Below, in pieces: positions 1 to 11,000 of a stretch of 32,000 nt of DNA. The position numbers and the translations under genes were made by a program. The stretch is from assembly GCA_963716945.1 (NCBI GenBank), contig OY970322.1, positions 270,001 to 302,000 of the forward strand, in the 5' to 3' direction. Position 1 is the first letter of the stretch. Each line of letters opens with the position of its first letter. This DNA comes from Candidatus Saccharimonadota bacterium (GTDB lineage: Bacteria > Patescibacteriota > Saccharimonadia > Saccharimonadales > UBA4665). The notes under the pieces were generated by a model. It searched no databases. It worked only from the letters and a program-made list of their open reading frames with translations, and was not told where the DNA came from.

Positions 1-2
1 CG

Positions 3-476
3 CGCGAGCCGCAGGCCATCGCCGGTATTACGGCCGGCGGCACGCTGGCCTACAACCACGCTTATTCTGACGGCGAAATCGACGAAATGGTCGGTGAGAA
101 CTACGGCTTTATCGAGCAGGAAAAACTATCGCAAATGCATAACCTGAACCAGCTGGTCGGCAGCGGCGGCACCATCAATAAGGATTTGCTGCGCGGCCAT
201 AACGTTATCATCGTCGCCGACGGCCTCAAAACCGGCTTCATGATCGACCTGGCGGCCGAGTTCCTGAAACCGATTGCGACCGAGAAACTGATCGTGGCCG
301 TGCCGTTTGCCAGCGTGCCGGCCGTCGACCGGATGCACGTTTTGGCGGACGACCTGTACTGCCTGGACGTTATTCAAGACTACATTGACACCGACCACTA
401 TTACGACGTCCAGGACGTGCCGGACCACGAAACCGTCCTCAAAACCATCGAGAACATCGTCCTCAAGTGGAAGTAG
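3..476 (+). CDS. phosphoribosyltransferase-family protein, C-terminal part (5' end outside window)
   Basis: Frame is open from nt 3 to the stop at 474-476, so the Met at 87 is probably internal. 'HNVIIVADGLKTGFM' resembles the PRPP-binding loop of type I PRTases. The tail 'LIVAVPFAS...ADDLYCLD...YYDVQDVPDHE' has the layout of stand-alone putative phosphoribosyl transferases. By-eye match only. Confidence 0.55.
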   Translation, partial: REPQAIAGITAGGTLAYNHAYSDGEIDEMVGENYGFIEQEKLSQMHNLNQLVGSGGTINKDLLRGHNVIIVADGLKTGFMIDLAAEFLKPIATEKLIVAVPFASVPAVDRMHVLADDLYCLDVIQDYIDTDHYYDVQDVPDHETVLKTIENIVLKWK

Positions 477-494
477 CCTGGCCGGTTCCAATAA

Positions 495-1148
495 TTAGCT
501 GAGGTATTTGCTCAAGGCGTCAACGTCTTTGAGCAGCGTGAAGGACTGCTTGTTCTCGAGCAGGCCCTTGCGCTCCAGGGCCGACAGCTCGCGGCTGGTC
601 GTTTCGCGGGTGGCGTTGACCGAACTGGCGATGTCCTGGTGGCGCAGGGGGACTTCGATCAGTAAGCCCTCGTCGGTTTGTTTGCCGAACCGCTGGCTCA
701 TCGTCAGCAGGAAAGAGATGATCCTCTCCCTGACGGTGCGGTACTCAAGCGTCAGTATGCGTTCGCCGTGGAGGCGGTACATCTCCAGCGTCATGTCGAG
801 CAAGGGGATCAGAACATCGGGGTGGTCTTTGATCAGGTCGAGGAAGCTCTTGCGGCTGATTTGCCAGGTCGTCGTCGGCGACAGGGCCTGGTAAATAATC
901 CCGTGTTCGCGGCCGCTGAGGCCCCAGATAAGCGGGAAAATCTCGTCCTGTTTGCGGATGATCAGCAGGTTCTCTTCGTTGTACTTGGTGATGTCGTAGG
1001 CTTTGACCAGGCCTTGGTAAATATAAAAAACCCCTGGCGGGGTCTCGCCCGGACGGATTACGAAATCGCCTTTTCGGAAAGTTTGCTTGACGCCGTGCAC
1101 CCTGAAAAATTCCACGAATTCCGCCGTCTGTTTCAGCGTGGCAAGCAT
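495..1148 (-). CDS. Crp/Fnr-family transcriptional regulator (cNMP-binding-like domain + C-terminal HTH)
   Basis: 217 aa. N-terminal beta-roll-like 'FRKGDFVIRPGETPPGVFYIYQGLVKAY'. C-terminal HTH 'RHQDIASSVNATRETTSRELSALERKGLL' is typical of HTH_Crp. Effector cannot be inferred. Confidence 0.85.
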   Translation of the reverse strand: MLATLKQTAEFVEFFRVHGVKQTFRKGDFVIRPGETPPGVFYIYQGLVKAYDITKYNEENLLIIRKQDEIFPLIWGLSGREHGIIYQALSPTTTWQISRKSFLDLIKDHPDVLIPLLDMTLEMYRLHGERILTLEYRTVRERIISFLLTMSQRFGKQTDEGLLIEVPLRHQDIASSVNATRETTSRELSALERKGLLENKQSFTLLKDVDALSKYLS

Positions 1149-1224
1149 AGCGCTATTATGTTACAGCCTGTCGCTGATGTCAATTTTTAGTTCCGGTATA
1201 GCCGGAATAGCCGGCACGACAGAA

Positions 1225-1240
1225 TGTGAGGAAAATCGCA
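1225..1240. promoter_or_regulatory. candidate Crp-type operator TGTGA-N6-TCGCA
   Basis: TGTGAggaaaaTCGCA lies in the divergent crp-like/PH-gene intergenic region. It has one mismatch to the classical TGTGA-N6-TCACA dyad. Confidence 0.3.
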
Positions 1241-1325
1241 AAACATTGGTAAGTATTCTTACTCGCCGATTAACGGCGCCGGCCTATGATGAAATCAGTG
1301 GGAGGTCCGAAAAGGAGGCATCACC

Positions 1326-2273
1326 ATGGTAAGCGCAACATTGATAGAAGAACAACTGAAACAAATAGGCTTTAACCACCACGGTTGGGGTAGAACTGAA
1401 GTCAAGGAACTCCAGAACATTATCATGCCCGACGAGGTAATCGAAGAGTGCGTCAACGGCATCTACGAGGGCGGTTTCGCCTTGCTGCTGGCCACCGACC
1501 TGAGGGTCCTGCTGGTCGACAAGAAACCGCTGAACTACCTGACCGTCGAGGACCTGCGTTTCGACATGATTAACGAAATCGATTACAGCCACCGGCTGAT
1601 CGGAGCCCACATCAGGATTTCGGCCGGGGAAACCAGCTTGGAGTTTAATAGCGTTAACCAGGCCCGCCTGCGCAAGCTGATCGGGCACGTCCAGCACGCC
1701 ATGGCCCAGGCCAAGAAGAAGCAGTCGTACCACCAGGAGGGCCAAACCCAGCACCTGGAGAGAATTAACCAGCAGCTCCGGTCGTACCTGCTTAAGCAAT
1801 ATGAGCAGCAGCAGGAATTGCAGGACCGGTTGCACGAGGTCCAAACCGGCCGCCGCCCCAGCACCGAGCTCAGGCCGCCCACGGAGGTGATCAACCCCGA
1901 TCCGGAACTGGCCGACTACCTGTTTGCCCAGAGCTTGCTGGCCGACCACCAGGCCCGGACGCGGGCGGCCCAGCCGGCCTATGAGTTGCCGCCCGAAATC
2001 GCCCCCGTGACCCGCGACGAGCTGGCCGAACTGTATGCCGAGGGCGTCCAGGAGATATTTGGCAAGCACTACCAGGAGGAGGCGGAGGCTAGTGGAGCCG
2101 AGACGGCGGAACCGGGGGGCTTCAGGCCACTGGAAATCAACCCGCTAAGCATCGCCTATGCTAAATTACCGATGGCTCTGCGCAACCGTAAGTTCGGTAG
2201 GCCCCTGTTCCACGCCCACAGTCAGGAGGCGGTTTCAGTACCGCCAGTACCGGCCGCCGAGGCCCGGCTATAA
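1326..2273 (+). CDS. bacterial PH-domain (YokE-like) protein with long Q/E/P-rich C-terminal tail
   Basis: AGGAGG 7 nt upstream of the ATG. The N-terminal ~125 aa ('VNGIYEGGFALLLATDLRVLLVDKKPLNYLTVEDLRFDMINEIDY...') has the bacterial PH / YokE-like pattern. The rest is low-complexity coiled-coil and proline-rich sequence. Confidence 0.7.
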   Translation: MVSATLIEEQLKQIGFNHHGWGRTEVKELQNIIMPDEVIEECVNGIYEGGFALLLATDLRVLLVDKKPLNYLTVEDLRFDMINEIDYSHRLIGAHIRISAGETSLEFNSVNQARLRKLIGHVQHAMAQAKKKQSYHQEGQTQHLERINQQLRSYLLKQYEQQQELQDRLHEVQTGRRPSTELRPPTEVINPDPELADYLFAQSLLADHQARTRAAQPAYELPPEIAPVTRDELAELYAEGVQEIFGKHYQEEAEASGAETAEPGGFRPLEINPLSIAYAKLPMALRNRKFGRPLFHAHSQEAVSVPPVPAAEARL

Positions 2274-2302
2274 CGCCGGCGAAGAACCGGCCCTAAGCGG
2301 CC

Positions 2303-3388
<1,086 letters not shown>

Positions 3389-3395
3389 ATATGCT

Positions 3396-3404
3396 ATTTT
3401 AACA
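3396..3404 (-). promoter_or_regulatory. extended -10 (TGTTAAAAT) 7 nt upstream of the ychF ATG; candidate leaderless promoter
   Basis: Minus strand reads cTGtTAAAAT-agcatat-ATG. No Shine-Dalgarno sequence lies between them. Confidence 0.4.
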
Positions 3405-3422
3405 GAGGTACCAAAATTATCT

Positions 3423-5609
3423 TTATTTGGATTCGTGGTAAAGCTTAGACGGCCACCAGTTCCAGCGGCCGAGCAGGGCGACGATCGACGGCACCAGCAA
3501 AGTACGGACGAAGAACGTGTCGAGCAGGATACCGAAGGCGATACCGAAGCCGATCTGCTGGATCTGGCTGCTGCCGCCGACCAAGCCGAGCACGGTAAAG
3601 GTGCCGGCCAGGATCAGGCCGGCCGAGGTGACCGTAGTGCCGGTGATGCCGACGGCTTTGGTGACGGCTTCGGCCATCGAGTCGTGCTGGTGGGCCTCTT
3701 CGCGGATGCGGCTCATGACCAGGATGTTGTAGTCCTCGCCCAGCGCCATACAGAAGATGAACATCAGGAAGGGCAGAATGAAATTCAAGCCGGCGCTGCC
3801 GCCGAGATGGACGAACACGATCATGGCGAAACCGAGCGAAGCCAGGTAGGACAGGCCGACGCTCAGGATCAGGTACCAAGGTGCTACCAGGCTGCGCAGC
3901 AATAGGGCCAGCAGCACGGCGATGATGATCAGCACGACCGGGATGATTTTCTCGAGGTCGCTGGTCGCCGTTTTGTTGATATCGTAAGCCGCCTCGTCAT
4001 TGCTGTAGACGCTGCTTTGGACCGCGCCGACGCTGGAAGCTACCTTTTGCACGGCCGCCCTGGACACGGGCGTGGCGGCGGTAGCGGCCGGGCTGCCGCT
4101 GGCCCCGGCCTTTAGCACGGCATAGAACTGCACCGTCCGGCCGTCGGGGCTGATGAATTGCGAAATCGCCGACAAGGCCGGGCTGGCCAGGCCGCTGGCG
4201 TGCAGCCGCTGTAGCTCGGGCGGCGTCAGTTTGAAGCCGTTGGCGTTGAACGGCCCGCTGACCGCCTTGTAAACGCCGCTGGCCGCTAGGGCGGTTTGGG
4301 CCTTTTGGACGACTTCCAGATTACTCCAGACGGGGTTTTCAAACTTCAATATCAGCAGTTGCGGGTCCTTGTCGGCAGCCGGGAAGTGGGCCGAGATCAC
4401 CTGCTGGCCGATGCCGGACTGGCTGTTATCTGGCGCGTTCTGGTTGTTGAAGCCGGCTGTCCGGTAGCCCAGGATACCGAGGGTCAAGCCGCCAAAAACG
4501 ATTACGCCCAAGACCAGCATAGCGACCGGCCGCTGGATAACTTTGTCGGCCAGTTTGCCCCACAGGCCGATTTTGAGCGGCTGTTTGGCGGTGTTGGCCG
4601 GCCAGAAAACGGCCCGGCCGAGGACGGCCAGGACGGCCGGTAGGAAAGTCAGCGAAATCAGCAGCATAATGCCCAGGCCGATTGCCAAGGCCGGACCCAG
4701 ACCTTTGTAAAGGCCGAACGAAGCCAGCACCAGGCTCAGCAAAGCCGAGGCGACCGTGGCCGCCGAAAAAGTGATCGACTCGCCGACCTTGGACAGGGCC
4801 TTGACAACCGCTTCCTTAGGCTCCAGGCCGCGGCGTAATTCTTCGCGCACGCGGAAAACCAGGAACAGCCCGTAATCCGTACCCGCCCCCAACAGCAGGA
4901 CGATTAACAGGATTTGGGTAATGAACGAAACTTGGACGCCGATCTTGGTCGACTCGGCGATGACCGGCTGGGCCACGGCCAGCGCCAGGCCGGCCGGCAC
5001 CAGCGTCACGATCGGCGCCAGGACGGCCCGGAAAACCAGCAGCAGCAGAACCAGGATCAGGATAACCGTGTAGCTCTCGGTGCTATTGCGGCCGGTGCGG
5101 TCGGAGTTGCTGGAGTCGACGCTTTCCGCCAGCTGGCCGGTCAAGTAGACATGCAGGCCGGCCGGCACGTCTTTATTCATTTGGGCGCGGATGTCCGAGA
5201 CGATATTGGTGGCCTGGTCGCCGAACGCGGCGCCGGTAACGCCGACCAGCACCTGCCGGGCCTGGCCGTCGGCCGATACGCCCTGGTCCTGTACCAGGCT
5301 GATGTCTTGGACGTTCTTGACGCCGGCTTCGATGCGCTCAATGGCGGCATTATCGGCGGCCGTCAGCGGACCGGAATTCCTGACAGCTACGATTGTCGCG
5401 CTGTCGACGGTCTTTTTGCCTTGGAAGACGGTTTCCAGCTCGGCCGCTTGGGTGGTGGGGCTGCTTTTGGGCAGAAACTGCGTGTTGTCATTCTTGCTGA
5501 CGTTGTTGATGTTTAATAAATTATGGGTCAGCACCGGTACGGCGATAATCCAGGCGACAATGATAAACCAGCGGAACCGGACTGAAAAACGCGCGATTTT
5601 CTCAAACAT
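3423..5609 (-). CDS. MMPL-family (RND superfamily) membrane transporter
   Basis: 728 aa. Two blocks of about 6 TM helices are separated by large extracytoplasmic loops. 'GTDYGLFLVFRVREELRRG' and 'GEDYNILVMSRIREE' are duplicated MMPL signature segments. AAGGAG lies upstream of the ATG. Confidence 0.9.
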   Translation of the reverse strand: MFEKIARFSVRFRWFIIVAWIIAVPVLTHNLLNINNVSKNDNTQFLPKSSPTTQAAELETVFQGKKTVDSATIVAVRNSGPLTAADNAAIERIEAGVKNVQDISLVQDQGVSADGQARQVLVGVTGAAFGDQATNIVSDIRAQMNKDVPAGLHVYLTGQLAESVDSSNSDRTGRNSTESYTVILILVLLLLVFRAVLAPIVTLVPAGLALAVAQPVIAESTKIGVQVSFITQILLIVLLLGAGTDYGLFLVFRVREELRRGLEPKEAVVKALSKVGESITFSAATVASALLSLVLASFGLYKGLGPALAIGLGIMLLISLTFLPAVLAVLGRAVFWPANTAKQPLKIGLWGKLADKVIQRPVAMLVLGVIVFGGLTLGILGYRTAGFNNQNAPDNSQSGIGQQVISAHFPAADKDPQLLILKFENPVWSNLEVVQKAQTALAASGVYKAVSGPFNANGFKLTPPELQRLHASGLASPALSAISQFISPDGRTVQFYAVLKAGASGSPAATAATPVSRAAVQKVASSVGAVQSSVYSNDEAAYDINKTATSDLEKIIPVVLIIIAVLLALLLRSLVAPWYLILSVGLSYLASLGFAMIVFVHLGGSAGLNFILPFLMFIFCMALGEDYNILVMSRIREEAHQHDSMAEAVTKAVGITGTTVTSAGLILAGTFTVLGLVGGSSQIQQIGFGIAFGILLDTFFVRTLLVPSIVALLGRWNWWPSKLYHESK

Positions 5610-5670
5610 ATTAATTTCTCCTTGCAGCTATTTTACCTTAACCGGCCGGCAAAAGTCTTTTAAACTTCGT

Positions 5671-5703
5671 TTGCCAAACAACCTGCGTAGTATACAATGT
5701 ATA
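5671..5703 (+). promoter_or_regulatory. sigma70-like promoter TTGCCA-16-TACAAT for the MFS gene, overlapped by palindrome TATACAaTGTATA (5691-5703)
   Basis: -35 at 5671-5676 and -10 at 5693-5698. A 13-bp palindrome with perfect 6-bp arms covers the -10. It lies between divergent MMPL and MFS genes. Confidence 0.45.
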
Positions 5704-5739
5704 GCAAGCAAAATGCCGATAACTCATGAGGAGGGGTCC

Positions 5740-7230
5740 ATGGCCGCAACGCCAACCGCTAAAAAAACAGGCCGAAAACAAACCAACCACTGGCTGATCC
5801 TGATACTCGTCGCCCTGGCGCAATTCATGGTCGTGCTGGACGTATCGATCGTCAACGTGGCCTTGCCGGCTATCCAGAAGGGTTTCCACATGAGCGATAC
5901 CAGCCTGCAGTGGATCGTGACCGCTTATACGCTGACATTCGGCGGCTTCCTGCTGCTCGGCGGGCGGGCGGCCGACCTGTTCGGCCGACGCCGGACATTC
6001 ATGATGGGTACGGTCGCTTTCACGCTGTTCTCGCTGGCTGACGGCTTGTCGAATTCGGGCGGCATGCTGACTATTTTCCGAACCTGCCAAGGCCTATCGG
6101 CGGCATTCATGTCGCCGGCCGCGCTGTCCATAGTGCTGGTGACTTACCGGGAAGGGCACGAGCGCAACGTGGCGCTGAGCGTCTGGGGCGCGGTAGCTTC
6201 CGGCGGCGCCGCCGTCGGCGTGCTGCTGGGCGGCATCTTTACCCAGTACTGGGGCTGGCGCTGGAACTTCTTCATCAACGTGCCGGTCGGTATCTTCGTT
6301 ATTATAACGGCGCTGCGCATTCTGCCGCGGCACGAGTCGCAAGTCGACCACAACAACCTTGACCTGGCCGGCGCCATATCGGTAACCGGCGGCCTGATGA
6401 TGCTGGTGTACGCCTTGGTCAAAGCGCCGGTTTACGGCTGGACCGAACACCGCACGCTGACCTATTTCGCGATTAGCCTCGTCCTGCTGGCCTTCTTCAT
6501 CTTCAACGAGCAGCGGGCCAAGCATCCGCTGATGCCGCTCAGGATTTTCCGCATCCGCAACCTGGTCGGGGCCGACACGCTGATGCTGCTGATGGCCGGC
6601 GGCCTGTTCTCGATCTTCTTCTTCACTACGCTCTATATGCAGGAAGTCCTGGGCTACACGCCGATTAAGACCGGCGTCAGTTTCCTGGTAGTGCCGGTAG
6701 CTATCGCTATTACCGCGACTAACGTGCCGCGCCTGATCCAGAAGATCGGCTACAAGCCTATCCTGATGGTGGCGCCGCTGGTCGTTTCGTCCGGCTTGTT
6801 CTGGATTTCCCACTTGCCGGTCAACGGCACTTTCTGGGGCAACGTGGCACCCGGCATGATTCTCCTGGGGCTGGGTATGGGCGCGACTTTCGTCAGCGCT
6901 ACCATCGCCGCGACCTCGGGCGTGCCGCAGCATGAGGCCGGCCTGGCTTCGGGCTTGCTAAACACTTCGCAGCAAATCGGCGGTTCGCTGGGCCTGGCCG
7001 TGCTTACCGGCGTGGCCACTTCGAGCAGCGCCCGTTACATCAAAGGCCTGCACCTGCGGGCCGCGCCGTCGCAGCACGCTATCACGGCCGCGACCGTCCA
7101 CGGTTTCCACGACGGCTACCTGATCGCTTCGACCTTCGGCATCGGCGCCGCGCTGGTCGCTACTTTCATAATCCGGGTCCAAAAAGCCAAGAACGACCCC
7201 AGCCACGGCGAACCGGTTATTGCCGTCTAG
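5740..7230 (+). CDS. MFS transporter, DHA2 (EmrB/QacA-like, 14-TMS) drug:H+ antiporter family
   Basis: The track ORF starts at 5191 but overlaps the MMPL gene. The in-frame ATG at 5740 follows GAGGAGG (5728-5734). 'LVALAQFMVVLDVSIVNVALPAIQKGF' and 'GRAADLFGRRRTF' are typical DHA2 motifs. Confidence 0.9.
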   Translation: MAATPTAKKTGRKQTNHWLILILVALAQFMVVLDVSIVNVALPAIQKGFHMSDTSLQWIVTAYTLTFGGFLLLGGRAADLFGRRRTFMMGTVAFTLFSLADGLSNSGGMLTIFRTCQGLSAAFMSPAALSIVLVTYREGHERNVALSVWGAVASGGAAVGVLLGGIFTQYWGWRWNFFINVPVGIFVIITALRILPRHESQVDHNNLDLAGAISVTGGLMMLVYALVKAPVYGWTEHRTLTYFAISLVLLAFFIFNEQRAKHPLMPLRIFRIRNLVGADTLMLLMAGGLFSIFFFTTLYMQEVLGYTPIKTGVSFLVVPVAIAITATNVPRLIQKIGYKPILMVAPLVVSSGLFWISHLPVNGTFWGNVAPGMILLGLGMGATFVSATIAATSGVPQHEAGLASGLLNTSQQIGGSLGLAVLTGVATSSSARYIKGLHLRAAPSQHAITAATVHGFHDGYLIASTFGIGAALVATFIIRVQKAKNDPSHGEPVIAV

Positions 7231-7255
7231 CGGCCCCGGCCCGCAAGCCGTTTAA

Positions 7256-7906
7256 CTATTTACAAACCGGAGCCGCTTTGCCGGTGAAGACTTGGCTGAC
7301 CTTGGGGCCGCTGATGGGCGTCCAGGTCTTCCTGACGGCCGGGCGGCCGAGGCGGTGGCGGATCTTGTCGAGGTTGCCATAGCCGCCGGTCGAGCGCGGC
7401 CAGCATTCATGAACAGCCCGGACTACGAAATCTTCGCGCTTGGGCTGGTCGGTTACGGCGCTGGCGCTTAAGCCGTTGGCCGTCCAGACCAGCTTGGGGT
7501 GCAGGCCGTCGCCAAGTTCCTGTTTCTGCTGAAAAGCCGTTACCTTGAGCTTGCCTTCGCTGGCGCAATTGACCAGTGAATTCAGCCCGAAACGTATCTG
7601 GTAGAAGTTGTCGTTGGGCGTGTCGTAGCTTTCGTATTCGCCGGTCAGGCCTTTCGGCGGCTCCATGGCTTCGGTAGCGCACTCTTCGGCCGTAGCGCTG
7701 GCAGTTGCAGTCAGGCTGTCGGACAGTCCGGGCGTGCCGAACGGATCGGCGGACGCGTAAAGCGGTGCGGGGGCCTGGGCGGCCGCCGCGGGCTGGGAGT
7801 TGATACCGATACCGGCGAACAGGGCCGAGCCTACAGCCAGGCCGGTCTGCCAATTGAACCTTTCGGCGACCTGGGCCATCTGTGTCTTAAGTTCTGCCAT
7901 AACCAT
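7256..7906 (-). CDS. hypothetical secreted protein (signal-peptide-like N-terminus, 4 Cys)
   Basis: The track start at 7930 is GTG. The ATG at 7906 is preceded by AGGAGG with a 6-nt spacer. The hydrophobic 'GLAVGSALFAGIGI' is followed by 'AAAAQA'. No family recognised. Confidence 0.6.
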   Translation of the reverse strand: MVMAELKTQMAQVAERFNWQTGLAVGSALFAGIGINSQPAAAAQAPAPLYASADPFGTPGLSDSLTATASATAEECATEAMEPPKGLTGEYESYDTPNDNFYQIRFGLNSLVNCASEGKLKVTAFQQKQELGDGLHPKLVWTANGLSASAVTDQPKREDFVVRAVHECWPRSTGGYGNLDKIRHRLGRPAVRKTWTPISGPKVSQVFTGKAAPVCK

Positions 7907-8042
7907 AGCGTTCCTCCTGACAACTCCCACCGAGTTAGTAGGCTCACTTTACCACATAGAGTCAATATATGCAAGTCAAATCGTCGCCAAACTGCCATTT
8001 AGCAGGGGTCCGCCAGCCGTTTATTAAGCCCCGCCAATGGCT

Positions 8043-8071
8043 TTGTGCTATTGCTTATGAGGCTGTATAAT
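8043..8071 (+). promoter_or_regulatory. sigma70-like promoter TTGTGC-17-TATAAT upstream of the giant gene
   Basis: -35 at 8043-8048 and perfect -10 at 8066-8071. GAGGG lies upstream of the ATG at 8095. Confidence 0.5.
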
Positions 8072-8094
8072 GCCACTCATGAGGGTGTCTAAAG

Positions 8095-11000
8095 ATGAAG
8101 GCTGAAACCCAAAAAACCCGAAAAAAAAGGTTTCCACAGATCAATATTTCGGTCGCGGTGGGGGTCCTCTTACTGGTGGTAGTAGCCGGCCTTATCATCC
8201 TTAAAGTCACGCACAAGCACAAAGGTTTCCCGATCACCATCGGCTCTACCCGGATCACCGTTCAGGATGTTAATAACTATGCCGCGGAGCTGAAAGCTTA
8301 TTCCAAGCTGAACCCCAACTCCAACTTCGGCGGCAGCCCGACCCAGGTAGCGGTCAACGACCTGGTCCTGAACGCGGCTTTCAAACAGGAGGCCCAAAAG
8401 CTCAACAAACCCCTGACCGATAGCGATATCGCCCAAGCCAACAGTTATGGCGGCACTATGACGACCGCCCAGCAGCAGCAATACCTGGCGGTGCTCCACT
8501 CCGAAAACAAGGCCCTGCAAATCCGGGCGCAAAACATCGCTTACGAGCAAAAATTCGACAGTACTTTCATAGCCAGGAAGAACCTGATGATCGCCGGTAT
8601 CGACTTCGATACGCCTTACTTCGCTAACGCCCCCCAGTCACAAGTGCAGTCACTCTATGACCAGGCTAAAGCCCGGGTCCAGAACACCATTATGCCTTTG
8701 CTCCAGCAGAAGGCGTCCGACACCGAAATCGGCAACCACGTCGACCTGAGTTTCAAAAACGGCCTGCTGACCAAAGGCAACGACAACTATCAGCAGTACT
8801 TCCAGAAAGCCGTCCTCGATATGGATGTCAAAACCGGTTACACCGACGGCGAATCGCTGTTTAACGACATTGACAGTACCGGTTATTTGAGAGGTAATGT
8901 CGGCAAACTTTACAGCACCAACGCCAAGATCGATAGCCTCAAAAACGTCGGCGACAACACCGGCGTTTTCGCGTCTAAAGCCGGGATTTTCATGGTTATC
9001 CGGCTCGATTCCAAGACCGGCGGCAGCTACAATTCGTGGAGCGATTTCCTGGCTCATTACAAGCAGATGTACGGCCTGACTTCTACCAGCCTGACCAAGC
9101 AGCTGGGCACCAAGGTCGCCAGCTCCATCAATAACGTTGTCGAGTCGCTGGCTTCCATCGGTGAAGGGCAGGCCGACGCTACCACCGTTCCGGGTGGCTG
9201 CGGTCAGCACAACGTACAATTCACGGCCCGTTCCTGGGATACGGTCGCCAATACCCCGATCGGCGGTACCGGCACCACTTTCCAGGAGTACCGGCCGCCC
9301 GCTGGTTATGACTGCCCTGGCACGGTCAGCGGCACCGCCACGGCCACGACCGGCGGCCCCAATAATACGATTGACGATAACTGTTTTGCGCCCGCTCCGA
9401 GCTGGGCCGTTAACGCCCTGGCCAGCGGCTACACCCCGGTTAGCGGCGGCCCGTACACGCCCCAGCCCCAGCCTTACACGCCCGGGGCTACGTGGGACAA
9501 CTCGGCCGGCGGCAAAAGCGTGGCTATCCGCTCCGGCCCGGACCCGACTATCGGCAACGGCGACGACTACAACGGCTGGCCGATCTGGACGCCGGGTACC
9601 ATTAATGATACCGGCCACATTTACATAGTCTTCTTATATAAAGGCAACCCCCCTACCTGTACTGATTGTACCTGCACCGGGACTTGCCCGGTGGGCAGGA
9701 CGGTAACCTGTACCAATGTCAGCTTGGACGGTCCGTCCGGGTCGAATCAGGAATACTACGCTTGGGTCAGCGACAGCTCGGGTAATACCGAATTGGGCTC
9801 GACCGTCGTACACCACGGTTCGACCTGGAACGCCTCTTTCCAGCCGGAAGGCCAGCAGATTACCCTCTACGCCTATACGAGTACCCATAATTCTGATGGT
9901 ACGTGGACTAATGGGGCGACGCATGCCATTGCCACGTCCAGCGGCAACTGTTTCGGGGCGGTCTGTTCAATGTACGTTGACGGTAATTTGCCGGATGGCG
10001 GCGTCCTGGCCGGCACTAACTATACGGTGACGGTTACTTTCTCGAATACTAGCCAGCCGGGCGTGACGTTACCGAGTTCCGTTCCCGGCCACGGGCTTGA
10101 CTTAACTACCGGTCCGGGCGGCGGGCCCGGTGTGGGCACCAGCATACCGCCGGGGGGATCGGCTACGTTCTCGTTTACTCAAACGGCGGGCGGGCCCGGC
10201 ACGGGGTCAGTCAGCGGTTACCCCGATTATCACGGCGCCTTCGCCTTAGGGTCGTCGTGCGGCACCAGCTTCAATATCGAAACCAGGTCGGCGTCATGTA
10301 CCATCAATAGTATCGTCGGCACCTTGCCGGGAGGTTATGTTCAGGCCGGCAAGTCGTTCACGGTTAACGCGACGGTCACCAACACCGGTACCTCGGAACT
10401 GGCGTCTTCGGACAACGGCAATCCTTTCTCGCTGAACGCCGGCGACAACAGCGGCGCCAACAGCTACTGGGGCTTCCCCGATAATAATCTCGGAGTGTCG
10501 TTATTCCCCGGACAGTCGGTGCCGGTGTCGTTCACCATTTCCGACGCTAACCTGCCCAGTCCGCCCAATCCGGCCCAGGAAGCCATCTGGGCGCACGTGG
10601 CCTATTCCAACGACTTCAACCTAGGGGGGCAGTGTACGGCTAACGTCGATATGTACGTGCCTTTCGGATTGACGGGCGGGTCGTCTTCGAGTCCAGTCCC
10701 CAGCACCGAGGACCCGACCTCTTTGACCTATAAGACCTGGGTAAATAACTCGGCCCCGGTCGCGGTATCGATACCCGCCGCCGACGGCACCAGCGTCAGC
10801 TCGGTTTACGAAAAGCCGGCCGGCGGCGGCACGCGCGTTATTGTTCCCGGCTATGACGATAGCGGGCCATTCGCGGCCGGCGCCCAGACCGTCATACTAA
10901 ACGGCAGCTCGTCGATTCTGCCGCCGCTCCAGGCCGGCGACGCCTACTATGCCGAAATCGACGTGCCGTTCACGTCGGCTTACGTTGGCGCCAATGGTCC

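Noticed and set aside
1284-2069. Long antisense or overlapping ORFs in the track. Examples: 1284-2069(-), 3294-3905(+), 4914-5516(+), 6094-6933(-), 8650-9618(-), 11602-12234(-), 14217-14858(-), 16007-16801(-), 17549-18181(-), 18081-18743(-), 21112-21612(-), 22922-23440(-), 27518-28102(-), 28080-28994(-).
   Set aside because: Each lies opposite a CDS with clear family motifs. Their translations are Arg/Gly/Ala/Pro-rich low-complexity sequence, which is typical of stop-poor frames in GC-rich DNA. None has a start context or a recognisable motif.
2274-2302. Short hairpin GCCGG-cgaagaa-CCGGC between the convergent PH-domain and ychF genes, as a possible terminator.
   Set aside because: The stem is only 5 bp and there is no T-tract. 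It cannot be distinguished from background in GC-rich DNA.
5191-5739. N-terminal extension of the MFS ORF (track start 5191), and similar extensions at 14241 (pilO-like), 27056 (DUF304 gene), 21412 (minor pilin), 25623 (RHH) and 7930 (secreted protein).
   Set aside because: The extensions overlap neighbouring genes or promoters. An internal ATG with a proper SD or a leaderless promoter context gives a protein that begins at the expected family N-terminus.
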